Positions 13,180-27,633 of a DNA stretch of 64,000 bases are shown piece by piece. The stretch covers positions 50,927-114,926 of the forward strand of contig JBBPEB010000031.1 of NCBI GenBank assembly GCA_039096225.1, given 5' to 3'. Source of the DNA: Blastocystis sp. Blastoise (lineage: Eukaryota > Protista > Bigyra: Opalinata). Below the pieces are notes generated by a model. The model was given only the letters and a program-made list of their open reading frames with translations. It had not been told where the DNA came from and did not search any database. Each line of letters starts with the position of its first letter. The stretch's first letter is position 1. The translations under genes were made by a program, and so were the position numbers.

Positions 13180-15503
13180 TCTTATTTTTCTTTTTCTTTA
13201 ATATTTTTTACATATTATATATATATATATATTTTCTCTTTTTTTAAACTTATTTTTATCTCTTTTAGATTATACCTTTTAAATTTTGACATTATATACA
13301 TATATCTAACTGTTTATAGTTTTTTTAGACTTCCTCTTCTCAACAACAGTCACAATGAGAACAAATCCATTTTAACTCAAACAACTAAGTCATCTCAAAA
13401 CTGCTTGAATCAATTAATATAGACGTCTATGACATAATTTATCAATTTAAACTGATTTTCAACTCTCAAAAGTAAGCAAACCAAACACACATGTTGACTT
13501 TAAAACGTTAAACTCAGTATTAAAAGATAGTTTTTATAGAGTGGACATAAAACATTGATTTAAACAAAAAGGAATGGAAACAATCAACTCTTGATACAAC
13601 TTTACCATTTGACAAAACACTCATCCACAATATTTTCCAAAGTTCTTTTAGTAAAGTGTTTATATAGACATATTATGTATAAAATGAAAGTCAACTTCTT
13701 GAATCTCTTTGTTTAAGATAGTCTTTAAAACAGTTTGACAAATTGACAACCTTTAACTTGCAATTTAAAGCTAATATTTAAAGAATAGACTTGATTCAGA
13801 CATGTAAACACAACTGTCATCACCATAACACTTTTAAAGACACTTTACCATTTGGTCATACACTTTGATCAAAATATTTTTGTCCCTTCTTTTGACATAA
13901 TATAGACTGTGTGGTCTAGTTATATGAAAGTGAGGCGGAATTTTGAATCTCGTCCTCTAAGTCACTCATTTTTACATCTTTGAAAATTAAGACCCTTAGA
14001 GTTGATTTTTGAAGTTAATTTTTCTACAGTGTTCCAAAAACGCGATTTTGCACAAACTGAAGTGAAAATATTTTTTCAATAACTCTCACAACCCTTTACA
14101 CATCCACTCTTTAAAAATTATTTTCTTTGTACTTTTGATATGTTGTAGAGCTACTACAGCTGTACACTAATTAATATCTCTAAATTTTTTATTCATAGTT
14201 TAAGACTATGTTTTATACATTCTTTTGAATTTGACAACCTTAAACTATTTATTTAAAACTATTATTCATAGAATAGACTTAATACATGATTCTAAACACA
14301 TATAGAAACCCTTTTACTATTTAAGACACATTTTGTCATTTGGTCAAACACTTTGATCTTCATAATTTTGACTCTCCTTTTAACATAGAATAGAGTAATA
14401 TCTCAAGTTTACTAAATAAAAGTCATTGTATTGAATCTTGTCCTCTAAGACCACTTAATTCACATTTTTCAAAATTGTCATACTTAAACTCATTATTTTA
14501 AGACTCTGTTTTAACTATAGTAGTTTGATGACCTATTGATTACAATGCTGTAATATTAGTCCATTATAAGAAGATCGAAGAAAATATCGATCACTCAAAA
14601 ATCGTCTTCAGGAGCTCAAAATCGCTACACCTAGGTTTTCTGACCTCCTGAATCAGAATATGATGTCAAATTGACAATCTAAATTTGACCGTTAAGGCCT
14701 CACGTGTTCAATATGAAAAAGTATTAAAAAATAGATAAATATAAAGAATAAACACGGATAACGTATATTGTGGGATTGAGAAAAAATCAAGTTTACCCCA
14801 TGTTTATTTTCCAATTGTCTGGTCAACAATTTTTATCGGGGTCACCCCAAAGAGCCAATCAAAAACGACTCAAAAATCATGTTTTCTGTTCTTTTATTAA
14901 TATCTTTTTAATTATAAATAATATCGCTTAACCAAATATACGGTGCACAACTACACGTTATATCCTATTGAACTGTGTTTCAACCAAAAGTTAACTTCCC
15001 GTAAGTTTAGAGGAGTTGCGGCGACAAACTATAGTATATAGTAGCCAATCAAATGCATTCTCCAAAAACTGACCAATGGGAATTTTTTTTGCCTATTCTC
15101 ATATATATAGTAATGATAATACACTTTTTTATAGGATTCTCTTGTATTTGTCTTGGTTGTGGTGGTGAGTGGTTCTTAAAGTGGTCCTGGTTGTGTGAAA
15201 TGGGTTACTTATTATCAGGTATATAAATATATTATTTATTTCTTAACATCTGTTTATTTTTTACTAATTACTTTTTGTTATTATTTAATTTTATTATCTA
15301 TATTATTTATTTTGTCTTTTTATATCATCTATTAAATTGTTTTTAATTATTTTTATTCTATAGGAAAGAAAATGTTGTTGATGTGTTGTGGTCTTCGTTT
15401 TTTCATGTCGTTCTTCTTAGTCTGTGGTTTCAGATTATTCTATTAGGTATATATTTATATTTTATTTATTGTTTTCATTTTTATTATTTATTATTTATGT
15501 TTT

Positions 15504-15534
<31 letters not shown>

Positions 15535-15738
15535 TTATATTTATTTATTTATTTATTATATTTATTTATTTATTTATTATATTTATTATATTTATATATA
15601 TTTATTTATTATATTTATTTATTTATTTATTATATTTATTTATTTATTATATTTATTTATTTATTTATTTATTTATGTTTTTTATTTATTTATTATATTT
15701 ATTATATTTATTATATTTATTATATTTATTTATTTATT

Positions 15739-15769
<31 letters not shown>

Positions 15770-16153
15770 TTTTATGTTATCTTTTTATATTTTTTCTATT
15801 GTATATAGGTTTAATAGTCTTCTTGTTCCTTTTTCTTCTTTCTTCCTTCTTTCTACTTCATTTTACTTCTTCCTTATCCTTCCTACTACCTTCTTCCTCA
15901 TTCTTCATTCTTCATTCTTCATTCTTCATTCTTCCTTCCTACTTCCTACTTCCTCATCCGTCATTCTTCCTTCTTCCTTCTTCTTCCTTCTTCTTCCTAC
16001 TTCCTCATCCTTCTTTCTTCATCCTACTTCTTCCTTCTTCCTTCTTCTTCCTTCATCCTTCTTCCTACTTCTTCCTTCTTCCTTCATCCTTCATCCTTCC
16101 TTCTTCTTTCTTCCTACTTCCTACTTCCACATTCTTCCTACTTCCTTCATTCC

Positions 16154-16191
<38 letters not shown>

Positions 16192-16217
16192 ATTATTATT
16201 ATTACTCTTTAAACTCC

Positions 16218-16284
16218 CTTTATGCTCTGGAAGGAGAGAAGCAATCATTATAGATTGTTTTCAGGTTCAATTCCTGACATGAAG
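16218..16284 (+). ncRNA. tRNA-like four-way junction, type B
   Basis: Same fold as 13113-13179, with a D-loop change (GGAAGG) and a G-U pair in stem 3. Confidence 0.65.
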
Positions 16285-18230
16285 TCTTATTTTTCTTTTT
16301 TTAAATATTTTATTTATATATTATTATATATATATATTCTCTTTTTTAAATTTATTTTAATCCAGTTTAATTTATACTTTTCAATTTTGACCTTATATAT
16401 ATATATATCTAACTTTTTATAGTTTTTTTAGACTTACTCTTCTCAACAACAGTCACAATGAGAACAAATCCATTTATACTTAAACAGCCAAGTCATCTTA
16501 AAACTGATTATATCAATCAAAATACATGTGTTAAACTTGTTTTATTGATTTAAACTCAATTTTAATAATTAAAAGTAAACAAACCAAACACACATGTTGA
16601 CTTTAAAACTTTAAACTCAGTGTTAAATGGTTAGTTTTAAAGAGTAGACACAAAACATTGATTTATACTAAAAGGAATGAAAACAATCAACTCTTGATAC
16701 AACTTTACCATTTGATAAAACACTCATCCACAATATTTTCCAAAGTTCTTTTAGTAAAGTGTTTATATAGACATATAATGTATAAAATGAAAGTCAACTT
16801 CTTGAATCTCTTATTTTAGGACAGTCTTTAAAACATTTTGACAAATAGACAACCTTTAACTTGCTATTTAAAGCTAATATTTTAAGAGTAGACTTGATTT
16901 AAACCTATATACACAACTGTCATCATCATAACACTTTTAAAGACACTTTACCATTTGCTCATACACTTTGATCAAAACATTTTCGTCCCTTCTTTTAATA
17001 TAATATAGATCATACACTCTAGTTTAATGAATAAAAGCTCTTATTTTGAATCTCGTCCTCTAAGTCACTCATTTTTACATTTTTCAAAATTTAAGACCCT
17101 TAGAGTTGATATTTTGACTCAATTTTTCTACAATGCACGAAATTCACGATTTTATATAAACTGAAGTGAAAATAAATTTTAAATAATAGTCACAACACCT
17201 CACACATCCACTCTCTAAAAATTATTTTCTTTGTACTTTTGATATGTTGTAGAGCTACTACAGCTGTATACTAATTAATATCTCTAAATTTTTTATTCAC
17301 AGTTTAAGACTATGTTTTACACATTCTTTTAAATTTGACAACCTTAAACTATTTATTTAAAGCTATTATTCATAGAATAGACTTGATATAAGATTCTATA
17401 CACATATATAAACCATTTTACTTTTTAAGACACATTTTGTCATTTGGTGATACACTTTGACCATCATAATTTTGACTCTCCTTTTAACATAGAATAGAGT
17501 ATTATCTCTAGTTTACTAAACAAAAGTCATTATATTGAATCTTATCCTCTAAGACCACTTAATTCACATTTTTCAAAATTGTGACACTCAAACTCATTAT
17601 TTTAAGACCTTGTTTTAACTATAGTAGTTTGAGGACCTATTGATTACCATTATACAATATTAGTCCATTATAAGAAGATCGAAGAAAATATCGATCACTC
17701 AAAAATCGTCCTCAGGAACTCAAAATTGGTACACCTAGGTTTTTCGACCTCCTGAATCAGAATATCATGTCAAAATAAGAATCTAAATTTGACCGTTAAG
17801 GCCTCACGTGTTCAATATGAAAAAGTATTAAAAAATAGATAAATATAAAGAATAAACACGGATAACGTATATTGTGGGATTGAGAAAAAATCAAGTTTAC
17901 CCCATGTTTATTTTCCAATTGTCTGGTCAACAATTTTTATCGGGGTCACCCCAAAGAGCCAATCAAAAACGACTCAAAAATCATGTTTTCTGTTTTTTTA
18001 TTAATAACTTTTTAATTATTAATAATATCGCTTAACCAAATATACGGTGCACAACTACACGTTATATCGTATTGAACTGTGTTTCACTCAAAAGTTAACT
18101 CCCCGTAAGTTTAGAGGAGTTGCGGCGACAAACTATAGTATACATTAGCCAATCAAATGGTTTTTCCAAAAACTGACCAATGGGAATTTTTTTGCCTATT
18201 CTCATATATATAGTAATGATATCTATATAC

Positions 18231-19030
18231 CTTTAGCATTAGAAGGATGATCACCATCAGATACAGTACCATGAACAGAAGACACTATCAGAACAGAAGG
18301 ACCTATATATATTTATAAAATAAAAGTAAATCAAAAAGAAGAAAAAGAAAATATATTATATATACCTTCTTTATGATTAAGATCAGCACCAACATTCATA
18401 GCAACAGAAGAACCTATAATAACATATAAATAGGAAATAAAAGAAATAATTAAAAATAAATAAATAAATAAATGATTACATACCTTGAAGACCATGAGAA
18501 GAGTTAGCATCACCATCAGTAGCATCAGCAACAACATCATCATGAGTATAAGAACCTATAGATAAATAAAAATAAAAAAAAAATAAAATAAATGATTGAC
18601 AACATACCTTCAAGACCATTAGTGGAGTGTATATCATCATCAATAGCTCCAGCAACAGAGTCCACAACAACAGAAGAACCTATAGATAAATAAAAATATA
18701 AAAATAAAAACAAATGATTGACAACATACCTTCAAGACCACTTGAAAACATTATACCATCATCAGTAAAGGACACCAAGGACAGAGAAGAGTCTAAGATA
18801 ATATAAAATAATAAAACAAAAAGAAATGTATAAATATATACCTTCAAGACCATATTGATAAGCACCATCACCATCAATGACATCCATACTTGCATCCTGT
18901 TGAGTAGAAGAACCTATATATGAATAATAAAAAAAAATAAATACAATACATACTGGACCGTCTTTGAGAAACGTATTTTTTTTTGATTCAAGGACCTCCG
19001 CCTTGATGACATTCTGCCTTTTCTAGGCAT
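18231..19030 (-). pseudogene. Truncated duplicate of micro-exons 1-7, with a +1 base in the exon-1 A-run
   Basis: Matches 7540-8339 except for T9 versus T8 at ~18976-18984, which could be a homopolymer error. Confidence 0.75.
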
Positions 19031-19755
19031 CTTATTTAATAATTTAATAAAAATAAGTATTTTTATGTAGAAAACAAAAACATATTCATATTTGAACTTT
19101 TGTAAAATAGGGACAATATTTAAAATATGCATATTTAAAAATTAATAGGAATCATAAATAACCTCGAATTTTTATTATTATCTTATGCTAAGCTGATAAT
19201 AGGGACATTTTTTATTAAAAACATTTTGGGTACCCAAAAACTATAGTTTTTTACATTTTTTAAATATTTGTTTGTATTGATTGTCTGGGTATGTTTTATT
19301 AATTAATTTGATGTTATTTAGTTATTATTTTTATATTTATTTGTATATATTAATTTATTTATTTATAATAATACACTTTTTTATAGGATTCTCTTGTATT
19401 TGTCTTGGTTGTGGTGGTGAGTGGTTCTTAAAGTGGTCCTGGTTGTGTGAAATGGGTTACTTATTATCAGGTATATAAATATATTATTTATTTCTTAACA
19501 TCTGTTTATTTTTTACTAATTACTTTTTGTTATTATTTAATTTTATTATCTATATTATTTATTTTGTCTTTTTATATCATCTATTAAATTGTTTTTAATT
19601 ATTTTTATTCTATAGGAAAGAAAATGTTGTTGATGTGTTGTGGTCTTCGTTTTTTCATGTCGTTCTTCTTAGTCTGTGGTTTCAGATTATTCTATTAGGT
19701 ATATATTTATATTTTATTTATTGTTTTCATTTTTATTATTTATTATTTATGTTTT

Positions 19756-19786
<31 letters not shown>

Positions 19787-19990
19787 TTATATTTATTTAT
19801 TTATTTATTATATTTATTTATTTATTTATTATATTTATTATATTTATATATATTTATTTATTATATTTATTTATTTATTTATTATATTTATTTATTTATT
19901 ATATTTATTTATTTATTTATTTATTTATGTTTTTTATTTATTTATTATATTTATTATATTTATTATATTTATTATATTTATTTATTTATT

Positions 19991-20021
<31 letters not shown>

Positions 20022-20405
20022 TTTTATGTTATCTTTTTATATTTTTTCTATTGTATATAGGTTTAATAGTCTTCTTGTTCCTTTTTCTTCTTTCTTCCTT
20101 CTTTCTACTTCATTTTACTTCTTCCTTATCCTTCCTACTACCTTCTTCCTCATTCTTCATTCTTCATTCTTCATTCTTCATTCTTCCTTCCTACTTCCTA
20201 CTTCCTCATCCGTCATTCTTCCTTCTTCCTTCTTCTTCCTTCTTCTTCCTACTTCCTCATCCTTCTTTCTTCATCCTACTTCTTCCTTCTTCCTTCTTCT
20301 TCCTTCATCCTTCTTCCTACTTCTTCCTTCTTCCTTCATCCTTCATCCTTCCTTCTTCTTTCTTCCTACTTCCTACTTCCACATTCTTCCTACTTCCTTC
20401 ATTCC

Positions 20406-20443
<38 letters not shown>

Positions 20444-20469
20444 ATTATTATTATTACTCTTTAAACTCC

Positions 20470-20536
20470 CTTTATGCTCTGGAAGGAGAGAAGCAATCAT
20501 TATAGATTGTTTTCAGGTTCAATTCCTGACATGAAG
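20470..20536 (+). ncRNA. tRNA-like four-way junction, type B
   Basis: Identical to 16218-16284. Confidence 0.65.
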
Positions 20537-22495
20537 TCTTATTTTTCTTTTTTTAAATATTTTATTTATATATTATTATATATATATATTCTCTTTTTTA
20601 AATTTATTTTAATCCAGTTTAATTTATACTTTTCAATTTTGACCTTATATATATATATATCTAACTTTTTATAGTTTTTTTAGACTTACTCTTCTCAACA
20701 ACAGTCACAATGAGAACAAATCCATTTATACTTAAACAGCCAAGTCATCTTAAAACTGATTATATCAATCAAAATACATGTGTTAAACTTGTTTTATTGA
20801 TTTAAACTCAATTTTAATAATTAAAAGTAAACAAACCAAACACACATGTTGACTTTAAAACTTTAAACTCAGTGTTAAATGGTTAGTTTTAAAGAGTAGA
20901 CACAAAACATTGATTTATACTAAAAGGAATGAAAACAATCAACTCTTGATACAACTTTACCATTTGATAAAACACTCATCCACAATATTTTCCAAAGTTC
21001 TTTTAGTAAAGTGTTTATATAGACATATAATGTATAAAATGAAAGTCAACTTCTTGAATCTCTTATTTTAGGACAGTCTTTAAAACATTTTGACAAATAG
21101 ACAACCTTTAACTTGCTATTTAAAGCTAATATTTTAAGAGTAGACTTGATTTAAACCTATATACACAACTGTCATCATCATAACACTTTTAAAGACACTT
21201 TACCATTTGCTCATACACTTTGATCAAAACATTTTCGTCCCTTCTTTTAATATAATATAGATCATACACTCTAGTTTAATGAATAAAAGCTCTTATTTTG
21301 AATCTCGTCCTCTAAGTCACTCATTTTTACATTTTTCAAAATTTAAGACCCTTAGAGTTGATATTTTGACTCAATTTTTCTACAATGCACGAAATTCACG
21401 ATTTTATATAAACTGAAGTGAAAATAAATTTTAAATAATAGTCACAACACCTCACACATCCACTCTCTAAAAATTATTTTCTTTGTACTTTTGATATGTT
21501 GTAGAGCTACTACAGCTGTATACTAATTAATATCTCTAAATTTTTTATTCACAGTTTAAGACTATGTTTTACACATTCTTTTAAATTTGACAACCTTAAA
21601 CTATTTATTTAAAGCTATTATTCATAGAATAGACTTGATATAAGATTCTATACACATATATAAACCATTTTACTTTTTAAGACACATTTTGTCATTTGGT
21701 CATACACTTTGACCTTCATAATTTTGACTTTCCTTTTAACATAGAATAGAGTATTATCTCTAGTTTACTAAATAAAAGTCATTATATTGAATCTCTCACT
21801 CTAAGACCACTTAATTCACACTTTTCAAAATTGTGACACTAAAACTCATTATTTTAAGACTTTGTTTTAGATATAGTAGTTTGATGACCTATTGATTACA
21901 ATACTACAATATTAGTTGATTATAAGAAGATCAAAGAAAATATCGATCACTCAAAAATCGTCCTCAGGAGCTCAAAATTGGTACACCTAGGTTTTTCGAC
22001 CTCCTGAATCAGAATATCATGTCAAAATAAGAATCTAAATTTGACCGTTAAGGCCTCACGTGTTCAATATGAAAAAGTATTAAAAAGTAGATAAATATAA
22101 AGAATAAACACGGATAACGTATATTGTGGGATTGAGAAAAAATCAAGTTTACCCCATGTTTATTTTCCAATTGTCTGGTCAACAATTTTTATCGGGATGA
22201 TCCCAAAGAGCCAATCAAAAACGACTCAAAAATCATGTTTTCTGTTTTTTTATTAATAACTTTTTAATTATTAATAATATCGCTTAACCAAATATACGGT
22301 GCACAACTACACGTTATATCGTATTGAACTGTGTTTCAGCCAAAAGTTAACTCCCCGTAAGTTTAGAGGAGTTGCGGCGACAAACTATAGTATACATTAG
22401 CCAATCAAATGGTTTTTCCAAAAACTGACCAATGGGAATTTTTTTGCCTATTCTCATATATATAGTAATGATTAACAGATTAATATGGTATAAGT

Positions 22496-22602
22496 ATCTT
22501 TCACGGGTTTCAAAACCCGTGAAAGATTTTTGACTGTAATTTTCGAAAACCCGTGAAAATCTTTCACGGGTTTAAACCCGTGAAAGAATTTCACGGGTTT
22601 TT
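22496..22602. repeat. Cluster of six TTTCACGGGTTT motifs in both orientations (palindromic array)
   Basis: 15-bp-stem hairpin at 22496-22527 and a perfect 26-bp palindrome at 22561-22586. Orientation order is F,R,R,F,R,F. Confidence 0.9.
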
Positions 22603-22699
22603 TGTAAGTCTCTACCAAAAATTAAAATATTTTCACTTCATATTTTGTATTTGATTTAATAGTCGTCCCAAAGTGCTTTAAAAGCCTTAATATATTATT

Positions 22700-25600
22700 G
22701 ATTGAATGTGTCTACTCATTTATAGTATATTTTATTTGTTTATTATGTTTAATTGTCTTTAGTTACAAACATTCTGGTGAATTTATTGGAAAAGTTGAGA
22801 TCTATGGAAATGTAGCATATTGAGGATTATCGACACCTCCAGTTGATGTGCAAGAATATACATACAATAGAAATAAATACATTGGCAAAAATCATAATGC
22901 TGTTGAAGTGGCTTATGATTGATGAATTCTTTAATGGTACGTTGTTAGGTATATAAATATAGTTGAATATTTTATTCTATTATAGTTTTACAAAATTCAT
23001 TCATGAATGGTTAGGATTGTTCTTGAAATCTGTGTACTTGAGTGAGAGAGTTATCAAAATGAAATAACTCTATTATACTATTTTTTCAAAACAAATAATT
23101 ATTATCTATAAAAAGTAGATTGTCCTTGTAAGTCATTATTTATTTATTTTCATTCTATATTTATTCTATTTTCTTATTTAAAGATGTTTTATTCAAGGAT
23201 GGAATCTGTCAGAAGTATTTTTATTTACTAATCTTCATTGATCTTGTAAAATAATTAGTTTCTATAGAGCGATCAGTGATTCTTGCAAATTCAGAATGGG
23301 TTCATTTGGAAGAATTAGTGCTTTCCAGGTCTTAATATTGTTAACAAAATCAGATTCCAGATTAACTCTGGTCCTCAAAGGTATTTTGTTATTTATTTCT
23401 TATTATCACTATATTTATATTATATAGAAAACAAAAAATTATTGATAGTTAAGAAACAAAAGACTTCTTTTCTCAATTGGCTAATTACAAACTATTATTG
23501 GGTCAAGTGGTGTTATAGAGGTTAAAATTAGTAAACAAATGGATTCTATTAACAAGTATATATATATTATATGTTAAATGATTAATTTTAAGTGTTTTAA
23601 TATATAAATATTATTTTATTTAAATATTATACACATATTTTATTTTTTCTATAGTATTCTTCATATGTTAGGCATTTATTATTCTTAAATCTTTTAATAA
23701 GAATGAATTGCAATATATTAAGTATATATATTCTTCTTTAGTAATATTTTACTTTCTATTTAGATTTTAGAATGTTTTTCTATTATTTTATTGTATATAT
23801 ATATATTATATATAAATATGTTTTTATCTTGTATCTTTCTTAGAAACATGATACTAATAATATTAATTATATACTCTCCTGTTATTTGGAAGATAATAGA
23901 TTAGGAAATAGAAATTTAATTCATTTCTACTTATTCTAGATATATTATAGTATATATTTATATTTAATTTTTTATATATAACTATATTTAAATATATCAT
24001 TTATAGATACATCAAAGTATATATATAGCTATACTAAAGTATATATATATATAGATTGAGTCAATTACAAAACTATTAAGTGTAGAGAAAGTGATATTCA
24101 AGTAAATATATATATATTTATATATATATGTATATAGTTATAAAAATGTTTATTTATATTAATGTATATAGTATATTAATATATATATAGTTATATTATA
24201 TAGTGAAACATACATATCTAGTAAATATATATGTATATAGTTATATTAAAGTACATATAAGAATAGTTATGTTAAAGTATATATATATATAAATTAATAT
24301 TAAAGAATATATATAGATATAATAAATTATATATGTAGTAAAGGATATTTATATATAGATATATTAAAATATATATGTATAAAGTTATATTAAACTATAT
24401 GTATAAATAGATGCAGTAAAATGATATATAGATTTACTTATATAAAAGTATATATATTTATATTAAAGTATATATATATTAGAATATTCATAGTAATTAT
24501 ACTAGAGTATATATATATAGATAGATTATACCATATTCATATTTTGGTTAGATTATTAATATTCTTATATTAAAGTGTATATATTTATTTATTATAATGT
24601 GTATTATATAGTTATATTAATGTATATATAAATATATATATTAAATTGTATATGGACATATATATTCATATATATAATTATATTAAAGTATATATAGATA
24701 TGAGATAGTGAGGTGTATATAGATATAGATATAATAAAGTATATATATATATATATAAAGTATCTATAAAGATAGATCTAATAAAGTAAATATTAGATAT
24801 AGATATACTAAAATGAATATATATAGATATAATGAAGTCTAGATATAGATATATTAAAGTATATATTTATAGTATATAATGCATTATCTATATAGATATA
24901 CTATATATATATAGATATATACGAATATTAATATGTATAGATATATTTATATTAAAGTTTATAGATATTTATATCTATATTTAAACATATATATAGGTTA
25001 TGTTATACAAGTATAGATATTTCTACCTGCTTGTTGTTTAAGAATGTTTATAATCTATTTATATAAAAACATTTATGATTAGTCAGGTATTATATAAAGT
25101 ATAATTATTCTCTAGATATTTTAGATTACTTCTCTATTAATGAATTATCTATTATTTTATGATTCGTATTTATGTATATATTTATAGAAAAACTCTCCGA
25201 AGAAGTGGTACTATTTGAAATGATATTTATTTAGTATCTATTATTCTATTCAAAGAATCATTATAAAACATAATATATTTGGTACACATTAGTTTTATAT
25301 AACTTTTGTATTTATACGTTTATATATATATATATATATATAAAGCTGTTTCTATATAGTACAAATATTCTCCTTTCTTCTATTGCTATTCTTACCAGTG
25401 TTAATAGTTATGTATATAAATTCTTTTTATAAGTTCTTTGAATTATTTATAATGTTATAAATTCTATTTTCATTGTATATTTCTTATCTATATATCATGT
25501 ATTATATATATATAGTACAAATTGAATGTAATCTCTTGTTTATTATGTATTATGAAAGATCTTCAGTTGTCTCTATTACCTATAGAGGTATATATATAAC

Positions 25601-27633
25601 TACTATTCCTATACCTATAGTTTTTCTTATCTTTTTATGTAGATGTTATAGATTTTCATATTTCATCTATTAATATATATACATATACTATATATACTTC
25701 TTTAATTTTTCTTATATATATAGAATAAGTAGAACTATTTAAGGTACTCAATAAGATAGCTTTAGTTACTAGTCTCTCCTTCTGTTCCTATTCATATTGA
25801 GAAGCTTATATTTATGTATATTATTCTATTCTAGTCTATTGCTTATGTTCTATATTATTATTTGTATAGTTCAATATATATTTACTTTTCTTTTTATAAT
25901 TATTTTTCATATAATTATATATATATATATATTACATATCATTATATAGGTATAGAATACGTTAACTATATTCAAAAGGATAGGTTTATATTTAAAAATG
26001 GGTTATTCAAGTATATATATATAAGCATATACTCTATATATAACATAATATGTATAGTATTTATTCTTATATTATTTGTTAAATACATATATATATATAT
26101 TCATTATACTTTATCTTTATTAAGTATATACTATTTTATATATAGTGTTAATGGAATAAACTTAGATAATTATATATATGAATTAGTGTTGTTTCCTACT
26201 ACTATTTAAAGTCCTTTTTTAACTACTCTATATTGTATATAAATAATTTATATTATTATTATTCCATATTAACTTATATAAGTTTGCTGTTTTAAGAATT
26301 CTATTATATAATCATATTGATATTATTATATTATATAGATCCTAAACAATATATTTATATAGTTACTGGCGATTATAAGCAGATTTATAAGGATACTATT
26401 CTATATTAATTTATTGTATATAGTCACTATATTATATATATATATATATATTATTAAAATTTCTTATCCAATAAACTTTTATTGTTTATGTTATTAATAT
26501 ATTATCTATATATAGATACAATCAAATATATCTTTCTCATCTTCATCGACTCTCTTCAACTTATATATATCATTTCACTATTAGATTAGTTATAATGGCT
26601 TCCTTCCTGATTCACATAGTAACTCAATTCTTATTCTAAATAATAACAAAAAGTATCATTTGAAGGTATATAAATATTAACTTTAGTTATTAATATATTT
26701 GAATAATATAAATATAATATAATTTAATATATAGTATATAATATATAGTAGCAGTATCATGGATTATATTGAAAGTATATATGTTATACATACTAAAATA
26801 TATATATATATATATTATATCTATACTGATATTGATATAAAAAATATAGATAGTAATATCATTATATAGTATATCAAGGATCAACATGGAATATATGCTA
26901 TGTCTAGTTTAGATAATATGAGTGGATATATAATATATGCCTACATAGTTGTTACATTATAGAATACATAAATAATATATAGTATATAAGAATTATTACA
27001 TTATTATATTATATATATTTTTATTAGATCATATTATATTGATTATTTATAACTTTTATTTTATTTCTAATATTATTATATATTTAATTTTATCTTTTTA
27101 TAGAATGAATAATATATAAATATCAGATCTGAGTATTATATGGTTTATCCTTCGTTGATAAGATATCTAATATACTTATGCTTCTTTTACTCTTTCTGGT
27201 TTATTGTACATGAAAAAGTAAAATAGAAAAGAGAACCATTAATACGCTTATACTCTGCTACTTTATTCATCTATCTACACAATATATACTATAACAGTAA
27301 GGTATACTATATATATTTCTCTTTTTTATGTTTTATAGGTTTTCAATGATTCATTATCATATTGATAAATCAATCTTATGTTTAGATATATACAACATAG
27401 AATATATATAATAGTATATATATACTATATATACTATTCTATATTCTCTTTCTATTATACAATAACTTTTATATTTAATATATACATTGTATATTCTACT
27501 TTGTGTATTATATATGGTTTATAAAATATATTTTTATATAGATAAGGTTATACTACTAAAGAAATATATAATATGTTTGATACTTAAATTATATCTATGG
27601 TGCTTTTGGTGTATCTATTTATGTATGTATTTA
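22700..27633 (+). pseudogene. Decayed intron-containing gene or TE relic, unidentified (probably continues after 30320)
   Basis: Exon-like blocks bounded by tatag|...|gtatat contain many stops and are separated by degenerate (AT)n tracts. Confidence 0.3.

Larger units (their letters stand above)
8678..15116 (-). mobile_element. Non-autonomous Helitron, 6.4 kb; diverged internal-deletion relative lacking RepHel
   Basis: 5' TC at 15116. 3' GC-rich hairpin plus CTAG at 8678-8725. Inserted at A|T with no TSD. The empty site TTTATAA|TAATACAC is present in the copy at ~19362-19376. Confidence 0.93.
1..18219 (-). mobile_element. Autonomous Helitron (middle element of the nest); 5' TC end at 18219, 3' end outside the window; interrupted by 8678-15116
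   Basis: The family 5' end TCATTACTATATATATGAG lies at 18219. Removing 8678-15116 restores the contiguous sequence seen at 19361-19380. The element contains the RepHel ORF. Confidence 0.85.
18220..22471 (-). mobile_element. 5' 4.25 kb of an outer Helitron copy (5' TC end at 22471)
   Basis: Near-identical to 7529-8677 joined to 15117-18219. It ends in the family 5' terminus followed by T. Confidence 0.88.

Noticed and set aside
15383-16253. Long F/L/I/Y-rich ORFs (also 12613-13074, 19635-20505, 42157-42537, 45997-46215)
   Set aside because: Open only because (TTTA)n, (ATT)n and (CTT)n tracts lack stop codons. Several frames are open at once.
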